Positions 33,446 through 35,830 of a stretch of DNA of 35,830 nt are shown piece after piece. Location of the stretch: contig CBRGMI010000001.1 in the NCBI GenBank assembly GCA_967797495.1, positions 1 through 35,830 of the forward strand, read 5' to 3'. Position numbers and translations under genes: made by a program. The stretch's first letter is position 1; each line of letters opens with the position of its first letter. The notes beneath the pieces are model-generated. The model was given only the letters and a program-made list of their open reading frames with translations, had not been told where the DNA came from and did not search any database. The stretch is from an uncultured bacterium (GTDB taxonomy: Bacteria > Actinomycetota > UBA4738 > HRBIN12).

Positions 33446-34956
33446 GCCCAGAAGCGGAGTCGCCTGCGGGACAGCGCCTTCCATGCCTTGGGCCACGCGG
33501 CTCGTGCCTCGGCGGCCGCCTGCGCCTCGATCGCGGCGAGCTCTCCCGCGACGAACGCGTCGGCTCCGCCCTGCGCCGCCTCCCGCAGCCACGCCCTCGC
33601 CACGACCGAATCCTGGTGGTCGCCGAGCACGTCCTGGAGGCCGGCCGCGGCCTTCGCGAACGCCTCGGCGCGCTTGCCGAACACCGGAGACACGGCCTCG
33701 GCCGCGTACCGAGCCCGCTTGGCTCGGATCCGAACGGCGTGCAGCGAGGCGTCCGATGCCTCCTCCCGGGCCACTTCGACGGCGTGCTCGAGATGTTGCC
33801 AGGGCCGCTCGAGGGCGGGCCGCAGCTCGCTCGCCGCGGGCGCACCTGCCGCGTCCTCGAGCACCCGTGGTTCGCGGGCGCCCTCGACGAGCTCGTCGAG
33901 CAGGTCCACGTACGTCTCCTCCCGGATCGCCGCCAGCAGCTGCTCCCGGGCCTCGGTCCGGGTCGACTCGAGCATCGTCACGAGCTCCTCGAGACCCTTC
34001 CGGTCGCCCCCCGGCAGCGCCGGCTCCCTCGAACGGAGCCGGTCGCGCAGGACCTCGGCATCGCGCACGGCCCCGAGCGCGTCGGCCACGCCTTTCAACC
34101 GGTCCCGCAGCGATCGACCCCACTCGGGGTCGAGCACGTCGCGGAACGTCCGCAGCGCCGAGCGGACTCGACGCGTGGCGACCCTCGCCTGATGGACGGC
34201 CTCGGGATCCTCCCCCAGACGAACGCCGGCATCGTGGCGGAGCAGCCGCACGACGGACGTGGCGAACTCCTCGCGGACCACGTCGGCCACGGTGGCGTCT
34301 TCGTCGAGCTCGGCCACCTCGACGTCCGGCGGCGACGCGGCGCGCGGACCGAGCGCTCGCACGAGCTTCGGCACGTTGTCGAGGGGGCCGGCGCCGGCCT
34401 GTTTCAACCGGTCGATGAGGATCTCCGAGAGGCCCTCATCGGCCTGCGGGTCGAGCTCGACCTCCAGCTCCCGGAACCTGCTCGCCACACGGCGCCCGTC
34501 CATCACCGACACCTCGTCGTCGGTCACCACGGCCAGCCGCCTGCCTTCGTCGTCGTCGATCTCGACGCCTCGGCGGACGGTCTGCAGCCGAGCCACGGGT
34601 GCCAGTTCCTGCCCGCGGACGTAGGCGCGGAGAAGGTCGGCGGCGGCGGTCGGCAGCTTCCTCGCGTCGTCGCCCTCGAAGTTCACCTCGGTGCGGACGA
34701 GCTGTGATCCGTTGGTCGGTGAGGGGAGCTTGACCGTCCATCCCCTCTCGTGGCCCTGGCCCTGCCGGTGTCGAAGGCTGCTCCCCCACCGAGCGATCCG
34801 GAGATCGGGGGTGTCCACGTAGACCGTGACGAGCCGCTGGGGCTCCATCCCGGTCGCGACCAGCCCGTCGCCGCCCAGCTCGGGAAGGCGGAACCCGGCG
34901 GGCGCCTGGAGCTTGGCCTCCCGCTCGAGGTTCGTCGACGCGGCGGCCGTGCTCAC
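33442..34956 (-). CDS. CYTH (triphosphate tunnel metalloenzyme) plus CHAD domain protein
   Basis: The N terminus has NLEREAKL (ExExK CYTH signature). The C-terminal half is helical and Arg/His-rich, with [16 protein letters not shown] and [11 protein letters not shown], typical of CHAD. The GTG at 34956 overlaps the ppk stop (GTGA). Confidence 0.85.
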   Translation of the reverse strand: MSTAAASTNLEREAKLQAPAGFRLPELGGDGLVATGMEPQRLVTVYVDTPDLRIARWGSSLRHRQGQGHERGWTVKLPSPTNGSQLVRTEVNFEGDDARKLPTAAADLLRAYVRGQELAPVARLQTVRRGVEIDDDEGRRLAVVTDDEVSVMDGRRVASRFRELEVELDPQADEGLSEILIDRLKQAGAGPLDNVPKLVRALGPRAASPPDVEVAELDEDATVADVVREEFATSVVRLLRHDAGVRLGEDPEAVHQARVATRRVRSALRTFRDVLDPEWGRSLRDRLKGVADALGAVRDAEVLRDRLRSREPALPGGDRKGLEELVTMLESTRTEAREQLLAAIREETYVDLLDELVEGAREPRVLEDAAGAPAASELRPALERPWQHLEHAVEVAREEASDASLHAVRIRAKRARYAAEAVSPVFGKRAEAFAKAAAGLQDVLGDHQDSVVARAWLREAAQGGADAFVAGELAAIEAQAAAEARAAWPKAWKALSRRRLRFWA

Positions 34957-35830
34957 GCCGTGCGCGACCCCGCGCGCTCGACCGCCAGCTCCTGGAGACG
35001 CTGCTGCGCGTCGATCCTGCGCTCGCCGCGCACCTTGGTCCACGTCCCGTCCGAGCCGAGCGTCCACGAGAGCATGTCGTCCTGCATCAGCACGTCGAGG
35101 ATCTCGTCGAGCCGTGCCGCCAGCGACGGGTCCGACACCGGCACGAGCGCCTCCACCCGCCGGTCGAGGTTCCGCTGCATCAGGTCGGCCGAACCGATGT
35201 AGTGGGTGGCCTCGCGCCGCTCGCCGAACCGGAAGATCCTGGAGTGCTCGAGGTACCGGCCGACGAGCGAACGGACGGTGATCCGCTCGGACAGGCCCGG
35301 GATCCCCGGGCGCAGGCAGCAGATCCCCCGGACGATCAGGTCGATCTCCGCGCCGGCCCGGGAGGCCTCGTACAGCGCGTCGACCATGTCGGGGTCCACG
35401 AGCGCGTTCATCTTCAACACGATCCGGCCGCCCTCCCTGGCCTGGCCCCGGATCAGGTCCACCATCTCCGGACGCAGGTACTCCGGGGCCACCAGCAGCC
35501 GGCGGTACTCGCGCTGCCGGCTGTAGCCGGTCAGCAGGTTGAACAGGTCGGTGAGATCGGCGCCGATCTCGGCGTCGGCCGTCAGGAGCCCCATGTCCTC
35601 GTACAGCCGGGCGGTCACCGGGTTGTAGTTGCCGGTGCCGACGTGGGCGTACCGGCGGACCCCCCTGGCCTCGCGTCGCACGACGAGCGAGATCTTCGCG
35701 TGCGTCTTGAGCCCGACGACCCCGTGGACGACGTGCACGCCCGCCTGCTCGAGCTCCCGTGCGTAGGTGATGTTCGCCTCCTCGTCGAACCGGGCCTTGA
35801 GCTCGACCAGCGCCACCACCTGCTTGCCGA
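34953..35830 (-). CDS. ppk: polyphosphate kinase 1, C-terminal part (5' end lies beyond the right window edge)
   Basis: [35 protein letters not shown] and [10 protein letters not shown] are PPK1 C1/C2 (PLD-like) domain signatures. The frame is open to the window edge. Confidence 0.9.
   Translation of the reverse strand, partial: GKQVVALVELKARFDEEANITYARELEQAGVHVVHGVVGLKTHAKISLVVRREARGVRRYAHVGTGNYNPVTARLYEDMGLLTADAEIGADLTDLFNLLTGYSRQREYRRLLVAPEYLRPEMVDLIRGQAREGGRIVLKMNALVDPDMVDALYEASRAGAEIDLIVRGICCLRPGIPGLSERITVRSLVGRYLEHSRIFRFGERREATHYIGSADLMQRNLDRRVEALVPVSDPSLAARLDEILDVLMQDDMLSWTLGSDGTWTKVRGERRIDAQQRLQELAVERAGSRTA

Noticed and set aside
30302-33845. 722-aa plus-strand and 525-aa minus-strand ORFs over GNAT, ppx and the Nudix gene
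   Set aside because: These are shadow ORFs. The real genes in this stretch carry Ppx/GppA, Nudix-box and GNAT motifs in other frames.
1-35830. CRISPR arrays, IS elements, integrases, prophage or defence-system genes
   Set aside because: I saw no spaced direct repeats, terminal inverted repeats, or transposase, recombinase or nuclease-type ORFs. The window looks like core or metabolic chromosome rather than a mobile or defence island.

Overview
This is a very GC-rich, gene-dense chromosomal window. Third codon positions are almost all G/C and many starts are GTG. It looks Actinomycetota-like: class-I xylose isomerase, a MutT1-type Nudix/His-phosphatase next to ppk1, and frequent GTGA/ATGA stop-start overlaps. 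I support about 33 protein-coding genes. I found no rRNA, tRNA, CRISPR array, transposase or integrase. Most long ORFs in the six-frame track are Arg/Pro/Gly-rich antisense or off-frame artefacts of the GC content.

Content from left to right:
- A partial PD40-like lipoprotein that runs off the left edge and is absent from the ORF track.
- An MFS transporter followed by a cyanophycin-synthetase-like ligase that keeps the N and Mur-like M domains but lacks the ATP-grasp domain.
- A translationally coupled pair of predicted lipoproteins: a CRTAC1/FG-GAP-ASPIC protein and a vanadium-haloperoxidase/PAP2-like protein.
- An SDR and a Gfo/Idh/MocA oxidoreductase.
- A complete xylFGH-xylA-xylB xylose locus with no regulator gene, facing a frameshifted Zn-alcohol dehydrogenase and a second Gfo/Idh/MocA oxidoreductase.
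- A cphB-cphA-traR/dksA-like cyanophycin operon, preceded by small ORFs.
- A CGNR zinc-finger protein coupled to an AlkA-like glycosylase.
- An MgtE-like transporter, a PhoU/TrkA-C protein and a tandem Lrp-type ligand-binding protein.
- ispH, a secreted lytic transglycosylase, corA plus a pseudo-receiver, and a GNAT.
- A tightly coupled polyphosphate operon: ppk1 (partial), CYTH-CHAD, Nudix/His-phosphatase, Ppx/GppA.

The most unusual item is the G-domain-less CphA paralogue at 1972-3732. Two indel-like anomalies deserve read-level checking: the ADH frameshift, and the CRTAC1-like signal peptide that has no canonical start codon.
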